Notes under the pieces: model-generated | Told to the model about the DNA's origin: nothing | The model's input: the letters and a program-made list of their open reading frames with translations, nothing else | Databases searched by the model: none | Shown here: positions 1 through 8,674 of the stretch, piece by piece | Layout: each line of letters begins with the position of its first letter | Numbering within the stretch: position 1 is the first letter of the stretch | Origin: Candidatus Colousia faecequi | Lineage (GTDB): Bacteria > Bacteroidota > Bacteroidia > Bacteroidales > Paludibacteraceae | DNA length: 24,936 nt | Reading direction: 5' to 3' | Assembly: GCA_018065285.1 (NCBI GenBank) | Contig: JAGHTN010000087.1 | Location: 1-24,936 of the forward strand | Translations under genes and position numbers: made by a program

Positions 1-8
1 GAAGACAC

Positions 9-49
9 AAAGAAAGCACCACTCAGCATTGCAGGATGGTGCTTTCTTT
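9..49. terminator. Probable bidirectional intrinsic terminator
   Basis: Perfect 13-bp inverted repeat aaagaaagcacca (9-21) / tggtgctttcttt (37-49) including its A/T tails, just downstream of the 73..327 stop. Confidence 0.75.
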
Positions 50-72
50 TACCTGTTTATTGAAAAAGACGA

Positions 73-327
73 TTATTTCTTGTTCTCTTCGATAATACGG
101 AGAGCATGTTCAAGAATAGCTGTATCGTCAAGTGTAACGAGACCGCCGTCAGGACCGGGTTCGATGTGCACACCACAACCTTTACCGTTGTCAAACTTCT
201 GAGCACCGAAGTAATTTCTCACCGTATCAGCTTCGATTCCCATCGTGTCTGCGATTTTCTGCATGCTGCCATGAGGAAGAGCGTCCTTAATTGCGCGGAG
301 TTCGTTGAAAGTAAGAGTTTTTGTCAT
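73..327 (-). CDS. Small conserved Bacteroidales putative DNA-binding protein (84 aa)
   Basis: MTKTLTFNELRAIKDALPHGSMQKIAD...TVRNYFG...HIEPGPDGGLV resembles the small HTH-like protein I recall downstream of bat/PAP2 in Bacteroides. Confidence 0.75.
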   Translation of the reverse strand: MTKTLTFNELRAIKDALPHGSMQKIADTMGIEADTVRNYFGAQKFDNGKGCGVHIEPGPDGGLVTLDDTAILEHALRIIEENKK

Positions 328-388
328 AACTATATAGTTTTAATAGATAAATAATTACAAGTTTGGAAACAGTTTTTTTTCTCGGTGG

Positions 389-420
389 TAAATGTAACAC
401 TTATTTTTGAGACCACCAAA
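389..420 (-). promoter_or_regulatory. Near-consensus Bacteroidota primary-sigma promoter for 73..327
   Basis: Minus strand TTTG (420-417), 20-nt spacer, TACATTTA (396-389); one mismatch to TAnnTTTG. Confidence 0.45.
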
Positions 421-450
421 TGTTTTAACACTTTTATTTCAACTTTTTTG

Positions 451-1110
451 TCAAGCAACAAAAAAAGGCAGCACAAACAACAGTATTACAGTGATAAAAT
501 AACTGGCAATCAAAATAATAGTACTTTTCAGAGAGAGGTTCACAGGCTCTTTGCGCCATCGTGTCTTCCGCCAACACATATAAACGATGAGGGAAACGAC
601 ACTGCCGAGGATAAGTCCGAAAAGAATGTCGCCAAAGTAGTGAACACCGAGGTATATGCGCGACCAACAACTGAGCAATACCCAGGAGGAGATGAGCAGA
701 GAATAAAACCGACGACGAAGTACAAGCGAGGTGAGAAGGGCAAGAGCCACAGTATTGGCTGCATGCGAAGAGCAGAAGCCATAATCACCACCAACGTAAC
801 CGTTGACGGTATGAACGACAGCAGCCAACGAGGGTTCGTGCGTAGGACGAAGACGGCAGACGGAATATTTGAAAACATTGCATAACTGGTCAGACACCAA
901 CACAGCCAACGCAACGGCAATGACGACAGAGAGCATGGTGCGCCAGCCGTATGTGCGGCACAGAACATAAGTCAGGACAATGAAGAAAAACACCCATACC
1001 TGAGTACGCGAGAAGAGAAAAAAGAACTGGTCAAACGCAGCAGAGTGGCAACTGTTGATTGCCAATGTAATGTCCCGGTCAAGCGCAAGTATCTGTGACG
1101 AAATGGTCAT
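451..1110 (-). CDS. PAP2-family membrane phosphatase (lipid phosphate / undecaprenyl-PP phosphatase-like)
   Basis: Motifs KYSVCRLRP, CSSHA, SRIYLGVHYFGD and several hydrophobic helices; ATGA overlap with the batE stop. Confidence 0.88.
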   Translation of the reverse strand: MTISSQILALDRDITLAINSCHSAAFDQFFFLFSRTQVWVFFFIVLTYVLCRTYGWRTMLSVVIAVALAVLVSDQLCNVFKYSVCRLRPTHEPSLAAVVHTVNGYVGGDYGFCSSHAANTVALALLTSLVLRRRFYSLLISSWVLLSCWSRIYLGVHYFGDILFGLILGSVVSLIVYMCWRKTRWRKEPVNLSLKSTIILIASYFITVILLFVLPFFVA

Positions 1111-1874
1111 ATTTTCTCAACGGCAGAGTTATGAATCCAGCCTACGTTTCCGTCCTCAAGACGAACCTCAATCCATTCACCGAGAGAGGATTTAACGAAT
1201 ACCTTCGTACCCTCGTGTATGACGAAAACCTCTGTTCCGCTCATATCCGGCGTGCTGCGCGCGGTCTCGCTGCCAACCATGACAATTGCGGCAGGATTGT
1301 CAACCACCATATTGCGTGAATGAGAGGCATGTCCGATAGAGATGAAGAAACATGCGAGGAATAGCAAGAAAAGGCCAAAGCCAGTCTTGCGCAAAGCGAG
1401 AGTCATTCCAAAGCGATAAATCAGAAAGAAAACCATCGCAAGGAAAAACAGCACAATGGCTATGTATGCCCAGACGTTGGAGGTGAAGAGAAGCGTTATG
1501 TCACTATACCACTGAGTGATGAAGAATGGCTCGATGGCATCAATCTTGTCTGTCTTGCTGAGGTTGGCGAAATCAAGATTGTAACGGATGTCAGCATTCG
1601 AGGGGTCAAGCCGCAGCGCACGCTCATAATAAAGAATGGCACGTCCGGTGTAGCCAGCCTTGAAAAGCGCATTGCCGTAATTGTAATATAATGACGGAGA
1701 TTCGCCTTTCTTGACCAACTGCGCATAGATGGTAACCGCCTCCTCATAATTTTTCTGCGAATAAGCCTCGGCGGCATCGTTCCAAAGTTTCTCGTCATCG
1801 GTGACGGCAAACACCGGCACGAAGAACATCAGCATAAACGCTGAGAGTATAATGTTTTTGAGTGAACTTTTCAT
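1107..1874 (-). CDS. batE: BatE: TPR + transmembrane + SH3-like protein
   Basis: Signal peptide, TPRs (LYYNYGNALFKAGYTGRAILYYERALRLDP), two TM helices, C-terminal SH3-like GEWIEVRLEDGNVGWI; position after batD. Confidence 0.9.
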   Translation of the reverse strand: MKSSLKNIILSAFMLMFFVPVFAVTDDEKLWNDAAEAYSQKNYEEAVTIYAQLVKKGESPSLYYNYGNALFKAGYTGRAILYYERALRLDPSNADIRYNLDFANLSKTDKIDAIEPFFITQWYSDITLLFTSNVWAYIAIVLFFLAMVFFLIYRFGMTLALRKTGFGLFLLFLACFFISIGHASHSRNMVVDNPAAIVMVGSETARSTPDMSGTEVFVIHEGTKVFVKSSLGEWIEVRLEDGNVGWIHNSAVEKI

Positions 1875-3709
1875 CTTCTAACGGTATCTTCAAATTTTGA
1901 AATAAGATTGACAGCCTCCTTGTATGTATGTTCCATTGCGCTATTGGCATCGCCGGAAGGGGCATAACGCTGGAACTCGCACTCATTCAGCAAAGCTGTG
2001 AATTGGTCTATGGTCTGAGGGTCAACTCCCTTGGAGGTCAGGCATTCGCACATTGTGTCCTTGTTAAGGTCAGCCAGAGGAATTGAAAGTTTATCGGAAG
2101 TGTAACCCCACAAAGCCTTGAGAATCTCATCGTAGAAAATCTCCTTGTGACCGGCACGCCATTCGCGGTCAGCCACCTTGAGGCGTCGGCGCGCAACCTT
2201 GTTGGCACCACGGTTCTTGCGGAGTGCGATATTGGCGTTATCCTTAATCTTCTTGCGGAAGAAGAAGAGCAATGCGACGGTAAGGAGAAGCATTACCACA
2301 TAGCAGAGCCAATAGAGGAGAGATGTGATTAGATAGTCCTCGCTCTGGGAGATGCTGAGCGCACCACGGTCAAGGTAACGGATGTCCTTGGCAAGCATCT
2401 CGACACGTTCCTGATCCTGAACATTCTGCACATCGGCAGAGCCTTCGGGAGCATCGGTCCCCTTGGTGACGCTGAAGTTAATCTCGCGTGTGGAAAGTGT
2501 CTTGTAACTCCGTGAGTTGACATCGAAATAGGATATTGTGACCGCTGGAACAGAGAACTCGCCCTTGTGACGCGGAATGACAAGATATTCGATTGTCTTC
2601 GTACCCTGTTGACCAGATGTCGTGGTTGTGAAATTGTTAGTCACCTTTGGTTCGTAAGCCTCGAAATCCTTAGGGAACTGAAGTTCGGGAGTCTTGAGCA
2701 TTTTCATATTGCCCGAACCTGTGATAGTGACAGTTACGGTGGCAGGCTTGTTCGACTCAAGTTCGGTGGCAGAGACCTTCGTGTCAATATTCAGTGAACC
2801 GACAACACCTGAGAAACCAACAGGTTTGGGCTGAGGAAGAGAAGTTACCTCTATGTTGGCTTTGCCCGAAGTAATGGTCTTCTCGACATCCTGGAAAGAG
2901 TCAAAGAAACCATCAAAAAAACCACGAGACTGACGCTGTACCCTCACACGAATGCCCACGCTGCAAGAGAACCGGTCAACCGTGATGGTACCTGCATGCT
3001 GAGGGAAGAGTATTGCCTTGTAAATTTCGTATGTAGCGTAATTCTGTCCGTTATAGTTCTCGGTGCGCATACCACGGTTCTGAGGGAGTTCGATTTCCTG
3101 AACAAGGAAACCGTTGAAATCAGGCATCTTGACATTCTCTAAGCCTATGACATCGTCCTTGGCATAGAGTTTGTAAGAGACAAGAATAGCCTCCTGCTCC
3201 ATAACCTTGGTGCGTGAGAAATTAGCCTTGACAAACAGACGGTCGGGCGAGCCGGCATTTGAAGCTGAAGCTGACTGCCCTCCCCCACCACGCTGTGATT
3301 GCTGCGCCTGGGCAGACTTGTCCTCGGGAAGTACCTTGATTGTGACGGCATTTGAATTGTACTTCTGTCCGTTGACGACTATTGAGGCTGAGGCAATGGA
3401 AAAAGTACCCTCCTTGGTGGCCTGAAGCGTATAGGTGTAACGGATTTCCTTGGTACTTGTCACCTTGCCGTTATAGATGGAAGTGCTTTGGGATGTCGAA
3501 ACGTAAGGCCCCGCCAGAATCTCAAAGCCGTTCAACGAAGGCAGACGGAAATCCTTGCCTTGCTCGTTGACTACATAAACCAGTTGAAAAGGCTGTCCCT
3601 CAGCGACAGTGGTTGGAGCTGAGGCACGGAGGGTCACACCGTCAGCCCATGTCGGCATGACACAAAGCCATACCAAGATGAATGTCAAAAATATCTTTAA
3701 GTTTCGCAT
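1871..3709 (-). CDS. batD: BatD family protein (612 aa)
   Basis: Signal peptide, BatD-type beta-rich repeats (GFEILAGPYVSTSQS, FSGVVG, FEAYEPK), C-terminal TM helix and helical tail; operon position. Confidence 0.9.
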   Translation of the reverse strand: MRNLKIFLTFILVWLCVMPTWADGVTLRASAPTTVAEGQPFQLVYVVNEQGKDFRLPSLNGFEILAGPYVSTSQSTSIYNGKVTSTKEIRYTYTLQATKEGTFSIASASIVVNGQKYNSNAVTIKVLPEDKSAQAQQSQRGGGGQSASASNAGSPDRLFVKANFSRTKVMEQEAILVSYKLYAKDDVIGLENVKMPDFNGFLVQEIELPQNRGMRTENYNGQNYATYEIYKAILFPQHAGTITVDRFSCSVGIRVRVQRQSRGFFDGFFDSFQDVEKTITSGKANIEVTSLPQPKPVGFSGVVGSLNIDTKVSATELESNKPATVTVTITGSGNMKMLKTPELQFPKDFEAYEPKVTNNFTTTTSGQQGTKTIEYLVIPRHKGEFSVPAVTISYFDVNSRSYKTLSTREINFSVTKGTDAPEGSADVQNVQDQERVEMLAKDIRYLDRGALSISQSEDYLITSLLYWLCYVVMLLLTVALLFFFRKKIKDNANIALRKNRGANKVARRRLKVADREWRAGHKEIFYDEILKALWGYTSDKLSIPLADLNKDTMCECLTSKGVDPQTIDQFTALLNECEFQRYAPSGDANSAMEHTYKEAVNLISKFEDTVRR

Positions 3710-3741
3710 TTTAATAGTATATCAGATTTGTGTCCTTTAGT

Positions 3742-4449
3742 TTACCAGTCCTTGGATACCCGACGGCGTTCGCCAATCCTGACCTTCTTGCGTTCCTGAG
3801 TGTCTTTCTCATCCTGTTGCAGAGCCTGAAGAATCTGTTCAGCCTCCTCTTTGCTCATTCCGTTTTCCTTAGGCTGCTGTTGCTGCTGCTGTTGATCCTT
3901 GTCTTGTTTTTGTTGGTCTTGATTCTGATTCTGCTGATTCTGCTGCTGTTGGTCTTGATTCTGTTGTTGTTGGTCTTGATTCTGTTGTTGCTGGTCTTGA
4001 TTTTGTTGTTGCTGTTGTTGCTGTTGAAGTTTCTTCTTGGCAAAAGCGAGATTATACCGGGTCTCGTCATCGTTGGGATTGTTCCGCAATGCCAATTTAT
4101 AAGCCTCGATGCTCTCCTGATATTTCTCGTTCATCAGAAGCGAATTGCCTATATTGTGATAGACATGAGCCTTACGGATTTTGTCATTGCCTGCAAAATC
4201 AAGTGCATTGGCATATTGCTTGGCGGCGTCTTCGTATTTCTCCTGACGGAAGAGCGCATTGCCAAGATTGAAATTTGCCGAGAAACTCTTAGGGTTCTTT
4301 TCGAGAGCCTTGCGGTAATCAATCTCAGCATCAACGTATTTCTTGTCCTTATATTTTCTGTTGCCGCTATTGACATCAATCATCTCTTTCTGAGCAAAGA
4401 GAGCAAAAACGGTCAACACCAGCACAAAAGTTGTCACTATCCTTTTCAT
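3742..4449 (-). CDS. batC: BatC: TPR protein with Q/N/D-rich linker
   Basis: Signal peptide, TPRs (ANFNLGNALFRQEKYEDA, YHNIGNSLL, ETRYNLAFA), poly-Q linker, C-terminal MSKEEAEQILQAL...KDW. Confidence 0.9.
   Translation of the reverse strand: MKRIVTTFVLVLTVFALFAQKEMIDVNSGNRKYKDKKYVDAEIDYRKALEKNPKSFSANFNLGNALFRQEKYEDAAKQYANALDFAGNDKIRKAHVYHNIGNSLLMNEKYQESIEAYKLALRNNPNDDETRYNLAFAKKKLQQQQQQQQNQDQQQQNQDQQQQNQDQQQQNQQNQNQDQQKQDKDQQQQQQQPKENGMSKEEAEQILQALQQDEKDTQERKKVRIGERRRVSKDW
3940..4002. repeat. Three tandem 21-bp copies (NQDQQQQ) inside a Gln-codon tract at about 3874-4026 of batC
   Basis: ctgctgctgttggtcttgatt / ctgttgttgttggtcttgatt / ctgttgttgctggtcttgatt read directly. Confidence 0.9.
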
Positions 4450-5474
4450 CTTTCAAACCATTTGAATTTGTTCAGCCATCTGTTCTGCCGTCCCAGAATG
4501 AGGAACTCTGCTATCAGCAGCACAAGGGCTATCCAGGCAAAAATATAGAATTTGTCATCGTAACTGGAATACGCTGAGACATCCAACTCGCCTTTCTGCA
4601 TTTTACCAATCTCTGAAGTCAGTGCACGAAGAGCGCTGTTACTGTTGGTAGCACGGACGAAAATACCTCCGCCCGCCGCAGCCACCTGCCTGCACATCTG
4701 CTCGTCAAGGGCAGAGACAACCACCGCACCACTCTCGTCACGCCAAAAATCAGAGGAATGAGGCACAGGAATTGGAGCTCCCTTCACAGAACCGACACCA
4801 ACCACATTGACAGTTATGCCGGATTCACGAGCCATTTTAGCAGCCTCGACGGCATCATCCTCGTGATTCTCACCATCTGTGATAAGTATTATGGTACGGC
4901 CGATATCCTGATTTTCCATACTGCCGAACGATTTGACAGCCATCTCAATTGCCGAACCAATCGCAGTGCCGGGAACTGGCACAGAGCCGGGATTGATAGT
5001 CTTTAGGAACATTTTCGCCGAGACATTGTCAGCCGAGATTGGCATCTGGACGTATGCCTCGCCGGCAAAAATGATGAGACCAATCTTGTCGTCAGACATC
5101 TCGTCAAGCAACTTGGAAAGCATCATCTTGGCATTGTCAAGCCTGGATGGTTCGACATCCGTGGCACGCATTGAGTTTGACACATCAAGCACGAAAATAG
5201 ATTCGATGCCCTCACGGTGATCAGACTGTTTCTTTGTGCCGAACTGCGGCTGAGCAAGTGCGATGACCAGCAACGCCATGGCAATGACAGTAATTCCGAA
5301 CTTGACATGCGGTCTGATTTTGGAATAATCAGGCGTAAGCTGCATAAGCAAATCAGGATTGCCAAACTTGCGCAATTTTCTCTGCTGAGTGAAACATTTG
5401 ACGATGTAAATAACTACCATCAGCAACAGGGCAAACAGCAGATACAACATATCAGGATGAGCGAAACGGAACAT
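4446..5474 (-). CDS. batB: BatB: von Willebrand factor A domain membrane protein
   Basis: N-terminal BatA-type TM segment, MIDAS DVSNS, IILITDGENHE, C-terminal TM helix. Confidence 0.9.
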   Translation of the reverse strand: MFRFAHPDMLYLLFALLLMVVIYIVKCFTQQRKLRKFGNPDLLMQLTPDYSKIRPHVKFGITVIAMALLVIALAQPQFGTKKQSDHREGIESIFVLDVSNSMRATDVEPSRLDNAKMMLSKLLDEMSDDKIGLIIFAGEAYVQMPISADNVSAKMFLKTINPGSVPVPGTAIGSAIEMAVKSFGSMENQDIGRTIILITDGENHEDDAVEAAKMARESGITVNVVGVGSVKGAPIPVPHSSDFWRDESGAVVVSALDEQMCRQVAAAGGGIFVRATNSNSALRALTSEIGKMQKGELDVSAYSSYDDKFYIFAWIALVLLIAEFLILGRQNRWLNKFKWFER

Positions 5475-5476
5475 AG

Positions 5477-5893
5477 TTATCTCTTATTATCCGAAACAGG
5501 CATTGGTTTATAAACAGGCACACTATTGACCTGACGAATGCTGAGTCTCTTGACTTTTGACTTTTTCTTTCCGGCAACAATCTGATAGCGTGCCACGAAA
5601 TTGTTCATCGGACGAACCTCCTTCTTGCCTTTCTCAGTCACGAGAACCACCTCGTAATTACGGACAGCGGCGTTCAAAGTATCCTCGAAAATGACGGTAA
5701 TCCTGGTTTTTGTGGCATACAAGCCTTTGACTTCTACACGGTTCTTAGCCACTTTGTTACGGCGGAAACCGTCAACCTTGAGGTAGAACTTCTCGCCACC
5801 TTTGCTTTCGACAATCAGTGTATTCGCCGTTGCCTGTGCTGAAGCAGCAGTGGCACAGACAATCAAAAACAACAATATTGCTATTTTTCTCAT
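5477..5893 (-). CDS. Hypothetical secreted basic protein (138 aa) between batA and batB
   Basis: Sec-type signal MRKIAILLFLIVCATAASA; start overlaps the batA stop (TAATG) and its stop lies 2 nt before the batB ATG, so it fills the gap exactly. Confidence 0.82.
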   Translation of the reverse strand: MRKIAILLFLIVCATAASAQATANTLIVESKGGEKFYLKVDGFRRNKVAKNRVEVKGLYATKTRITVIFEDTLNAAVRNYEVVLVTEKGKKEVRPMNNFVARYQIVAGKKKSKVKRLSIRQVNSVPVYKPMPVSDNKR

Positions 5894-6876
5894 TATGGTA
5901 ATCTTTTTAATAATGTATGTCTCAAAAATATCTCAGCAAACAGGCAGATGAACGCACCGAGGAGGAAAGGCCAGAAGTCCTCGCTCTTGCGGTTATACTC
6001 CCTGACCTGCAACTTGGTTTTCTCCATCTGGTCAATCTCCTCATAGATAGCCCCGAGTTTCTTAGTGTTGGTGGCACGGAAATAGGCACCACCGGTCAGA
6101 GAGGCAATCTCCTGCAAAACATCCTCATCAATCTCGACAGGGATATTCTGATAACGTATTCCCAACGGTGTCTGGAACGGATAAGGGGCGACATCAGAAC
6201 TGCCGGCACCAATGGTATAAACCCTTATCCCGAATGTTTTGGCAATTTCAGCGGCAGTTACAGGGGAGATGTCACCCCTGTTGTTCGTACCATCGGTAAG
6301 CAGAATAATGACTTTGGATTTGGCTTTGCTGTCTTTGATGCGGTTGATGGCATTGGCAAGACCAAGACCAATGGCGGTACCATCCTCAATCATACCATAC
6401 TCGACACCTTTGAAAAGGTTTACCAAAGCCACATGGTCAGTGGTAAGAGGGCATTGCGTGAAACTTTCACCCGCAAAAACCACAAGACCGATATTGTCGT
6501 TGGGACGGTCCATGGCAAACTGAATGGCAACATCCTTGGCAGCCTCAAGACGGTTAGGTTTCAAATCCTCGGCAAGCATGGTACCAGAGATGTCAAGGGC
6601 AAGCATAATGTCAATACCCTCAGTTGTCTCCTTACGGAAGCTGTTGCTTGTCTGAGGTCGTGCCAAAGCAAAAATAATCAAGGCTATGGCAACACACCTC
6701 AATCCGAACAAAGCATGGGTGAGGTACTGCTTGTAGCTCTTTGCCATCTTGTCGAGCAAACGGAGCGACGAAATCTGCAAATATGTGAAATGAACCTTGT
6801 AACGATAGACATACCACGCAATTATAGGTATGAGAATCAGAAGGAACCAAAGGTATTGCGGTTCATGGAATTTCAT
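5893..6876 (-). CDS. batA: BatA: von Willebrand factor A domain membrane protein
   Basis: LARPQ, DISGT MIDAS-like motif, PNRLEAAK, GTAIGLGLANA, ILLTDGTNN, YFRAT. Confidence 0.92.
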   Translation of the reverse strand: MKFHEPQYLWFLLILIPIIAWYVYRYKVHFTYLQISSLRLLDKMAKSYKQYLTHALFGLRCVAIALIIFALARPQTSNSFRKETTEGIDIMLALDISGTMLAEDLKPNRLEAAKDVAIQFAMDRPNDNIGLVVFAGESFTQCPLTTDHVALVNLFKGVEYGMIEDGTAIGLGLANAINRIKDSKAKSKVIILLTDGTNNRGDISPVTAAEIAKTFGIRVYTIGAGSSDVAPYPFQTPLGIRYQNIPVEIDEDVLQEIASLTGGAYFRATNTKKLGAIYEEIDQMEKTKLQVREYNRKSEDFWPFLLGAFICLFAEIFLRHTLLKRLP

Positions 6877-7808
6877 TTCTTTTCCTCCTCTGTTTTACGT
6901 GTGTTCTGCACAAAGTCCTTGCCATACTCGAATGCCTTCTCATTCTCTGCCGGAAGAGGATTCCACTTGGCAAACTTAACAAGGTCGGCAAGCGAAAGCA
7001 TCTCCTTCAGAATGTCGATAGGTTCCTTGTCAATGGATATCTGCGTGTTCATCCTCAATTCACGAAGAAGGTCGTCAGTTGTTGACTCGACGGCATTCAC
7101 ACCATAACGACGGCTGACATACGATTTAATGATGTCAGTAAGGATACTGTAATACTCCTTGTTCTTGCCCTCCTGCCATAGTTTCTCCTGACGCAACTGC
7201 TCAAGCTGCTCAAGGGCAATGACATCGGCAGGACGATTGTCGATGATACGAACCTCGTCAACGTCCCCCTTTCTCCTTTTGTAGTATTTGCGATAGACAT
7301 AAATTCCTGCCACGACAAGCGCAGCAACGAGAACCACAATAATCACGATTATCCAGAACAGTTCCCAGTCAAACGGCGGGTCATAGACAGGTTTGATGTC
7401 GCAAATGGCATTGGCTGTATCGACCTCAACATCCACTATCTTGAGGCTCACCGCATTGCTGAGGAATGTATCCCCGCCGTCAATGACAGGAAAACCATCA
7501 ACATAGACAAGTGCGGAATCCCAACCAGTGAAAATGTATCTGGCAGCTATCTTTACCGTACCATCACTCTCGCGGACCGTGTCATAACCCAAAGTCTCAA
7601 TAAGTTCAAGTCCCGTTGGCACTGAGTCTTTGAAAAGAGGGAAACTCAGCTGACGATTGCCGGTGAACGCCGCCTCAATGCGGAGGCATGTCTGGTCGCC
7701 AATGAACATGGCCATTGAGTCGAAAGCAGCCGTGACCTGAACGGTCTGCGACCTGACTCCTAAAACCGTACAAAGCAATATTGCCGATATTATCGCTATT
7801 CGTTTCAT
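6873..7808 (-). CDS. Conserved bat-operon membrane protein (signal peptide, one TM, DUF4381-like C-terminus)
   Basis: DIKP before the TM helix; ALEQLEQL...KEYYSILTDIIKSY..RYG; ATGA overlaps at both ends. Confidence 0.78.
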   Translation of the reverse strand: MKRIAIISAILLCTVLGVRSQTVQVTAAFDSMAMFIGDQTCLRIEAAFTGNRQLSFPLFKDSVPTGLELIETLGYDTVRESDGTVKIAARYIFTGWDSALVYVDGFPVIDGGDTFLSNAVSLKIVDVEVDTANAICDIKPVYDPPFDWELFWIIVIIVVLVAALVVAGIYVYRKYYKRRKGDVDEVRIIDNRPADVIALEQLEQLRQEKLWQEGKNKEYYSILTDIIKSYVSRRYGVNAVESTTDDLLRELRMNTQISIDKEPIDILKEMLSLADLVKFAKWNPLPAENEKAFEYGKDFVQNTRKTEEEKK

Positions 7809-8674
7809 TTTCTCATATTGAAAAGTTGCATAAGAGCCTTGACATAGTCCTCATCGGTGAAAATGCTGACCATATCGACACCTGCCTTTTTCATGGTATT
7901 CTGCAAGACACTCTGTTTCTCAAGCCATTCATGGTTGAACAATTCACGGACAGAGAAACTGGACGTGTCAACCATCATCTGCTTGCCAGTCTCAGCATCA
8001 CGCAGCGTGAGAAGCCCCACGTCTGGAAGTTTGACATCACGCGGGTCATAGACCTGAATTGCCACCATGTCGTGACGGCGGTTGGCAATCTTGAACGCAT
8101 CGCTGACGTTACCATAATCAAGGAAGTCACTGATGACGAAAGCCGTACACCGACGCTTGATGGCATTATTGAAGAACTGAACGGCCTGAGCAATGTCCGT
8201 GAGCTTGCTTTCGGGTTCAAAGTCAAGCAATTCCCTTATTATATATAATATGTGTTTCCTGCCTTTTTTTGGCGGGATGAACTTCTCTATACGGTCGCTG
8301 AAGAAGATTACACCAATCTTGTCATTGTTCTGGATGGCAGAGAAAGCAATCGTTGCGGCAATCTCAGCCATCATATCACGTTTCATCTGCGTGACACTGC
8401 CGAACATACGACTGGCCGACACATCCACAAGCAACATAACCGTCAGCTCGCGTTCCTCCTCAAAGACCTTGACGTAGGGACGGTTCATACGGGCAGTGAC
8501 ATTCCAGTCAATAGCCCTAATCTCGTCGCCATACTGATATTCACGTACTTCCGAAAAGGTCATACCCTTGCCCTTGAATGCCGTATGGTATTCGCCGGCA
8601 AACAGATTGTTGGATAACCCCCGGGTCTTTATCTCAATCTGGCGAACTCTTTTTAATAGTTCACTGGTCTCCAT
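7805..8674 (-). CDS. DUF58 family protein (MoxR-associated, vWA-like)
   Basis: GEYHTAFKGKGMTFSEVREYQYGDEIRAIDWNVTAR and VKVFEEEREL are DUF58 signatures. Confidence 0.92.
   Translation of the reverse strand: METSELLKRVRQIEIKTRGLSNNLFAGEYHTAFKGKGMTFSEVREYQYGDEIRAIDWNVTARMNRPYVKVFEEERELTVMLLVDVSASRMFGSVTQMKRDMMAEIAATIAFSAIQNNDKIGVIFFSDRIEKFIPPKKGRKHILYIIRELLDFEPESKLTDIAQAVQFFNNAIKRRCTAFVISDFLDYGNVSDAFKIANRRHDMVAIQVYDPRDVKLPDVGLLTLRDAETGKQMMVDTSSFSVRELFNHEWLEKQSVLQNTMKKAGVDMVSIFTDEDYVKALMQLFNMRK

Noticed and set aside
384-417. ggtggt/accacc inverted repeat flanking a promoter (invertible promoter?)
   Set aside because: Only 6 bp, shorter than known Bacteroides invertible-promoter repeats, and no recombinase gene is nearby.
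3730-4548. 272-aa poly-Leu plus-strand ORF that looks like a membrane protein
   Set aside because: It is the antisense reading of the batC Gln codons (CAG/CAA read as CTG/TTG).
6578-6597. BatA MIDAS reads DISGT rather than DxSxS
   Set aside because: A conservative Ser-to-Thr change with no evidence of inactivation.
5917-7107. 396-aa plus-strand ORF
   Set aside because: Lies antisense to batA and the upstream gene, has no recognisable motif, and is best explained as a shadow ORF of the real minus-strand genes.
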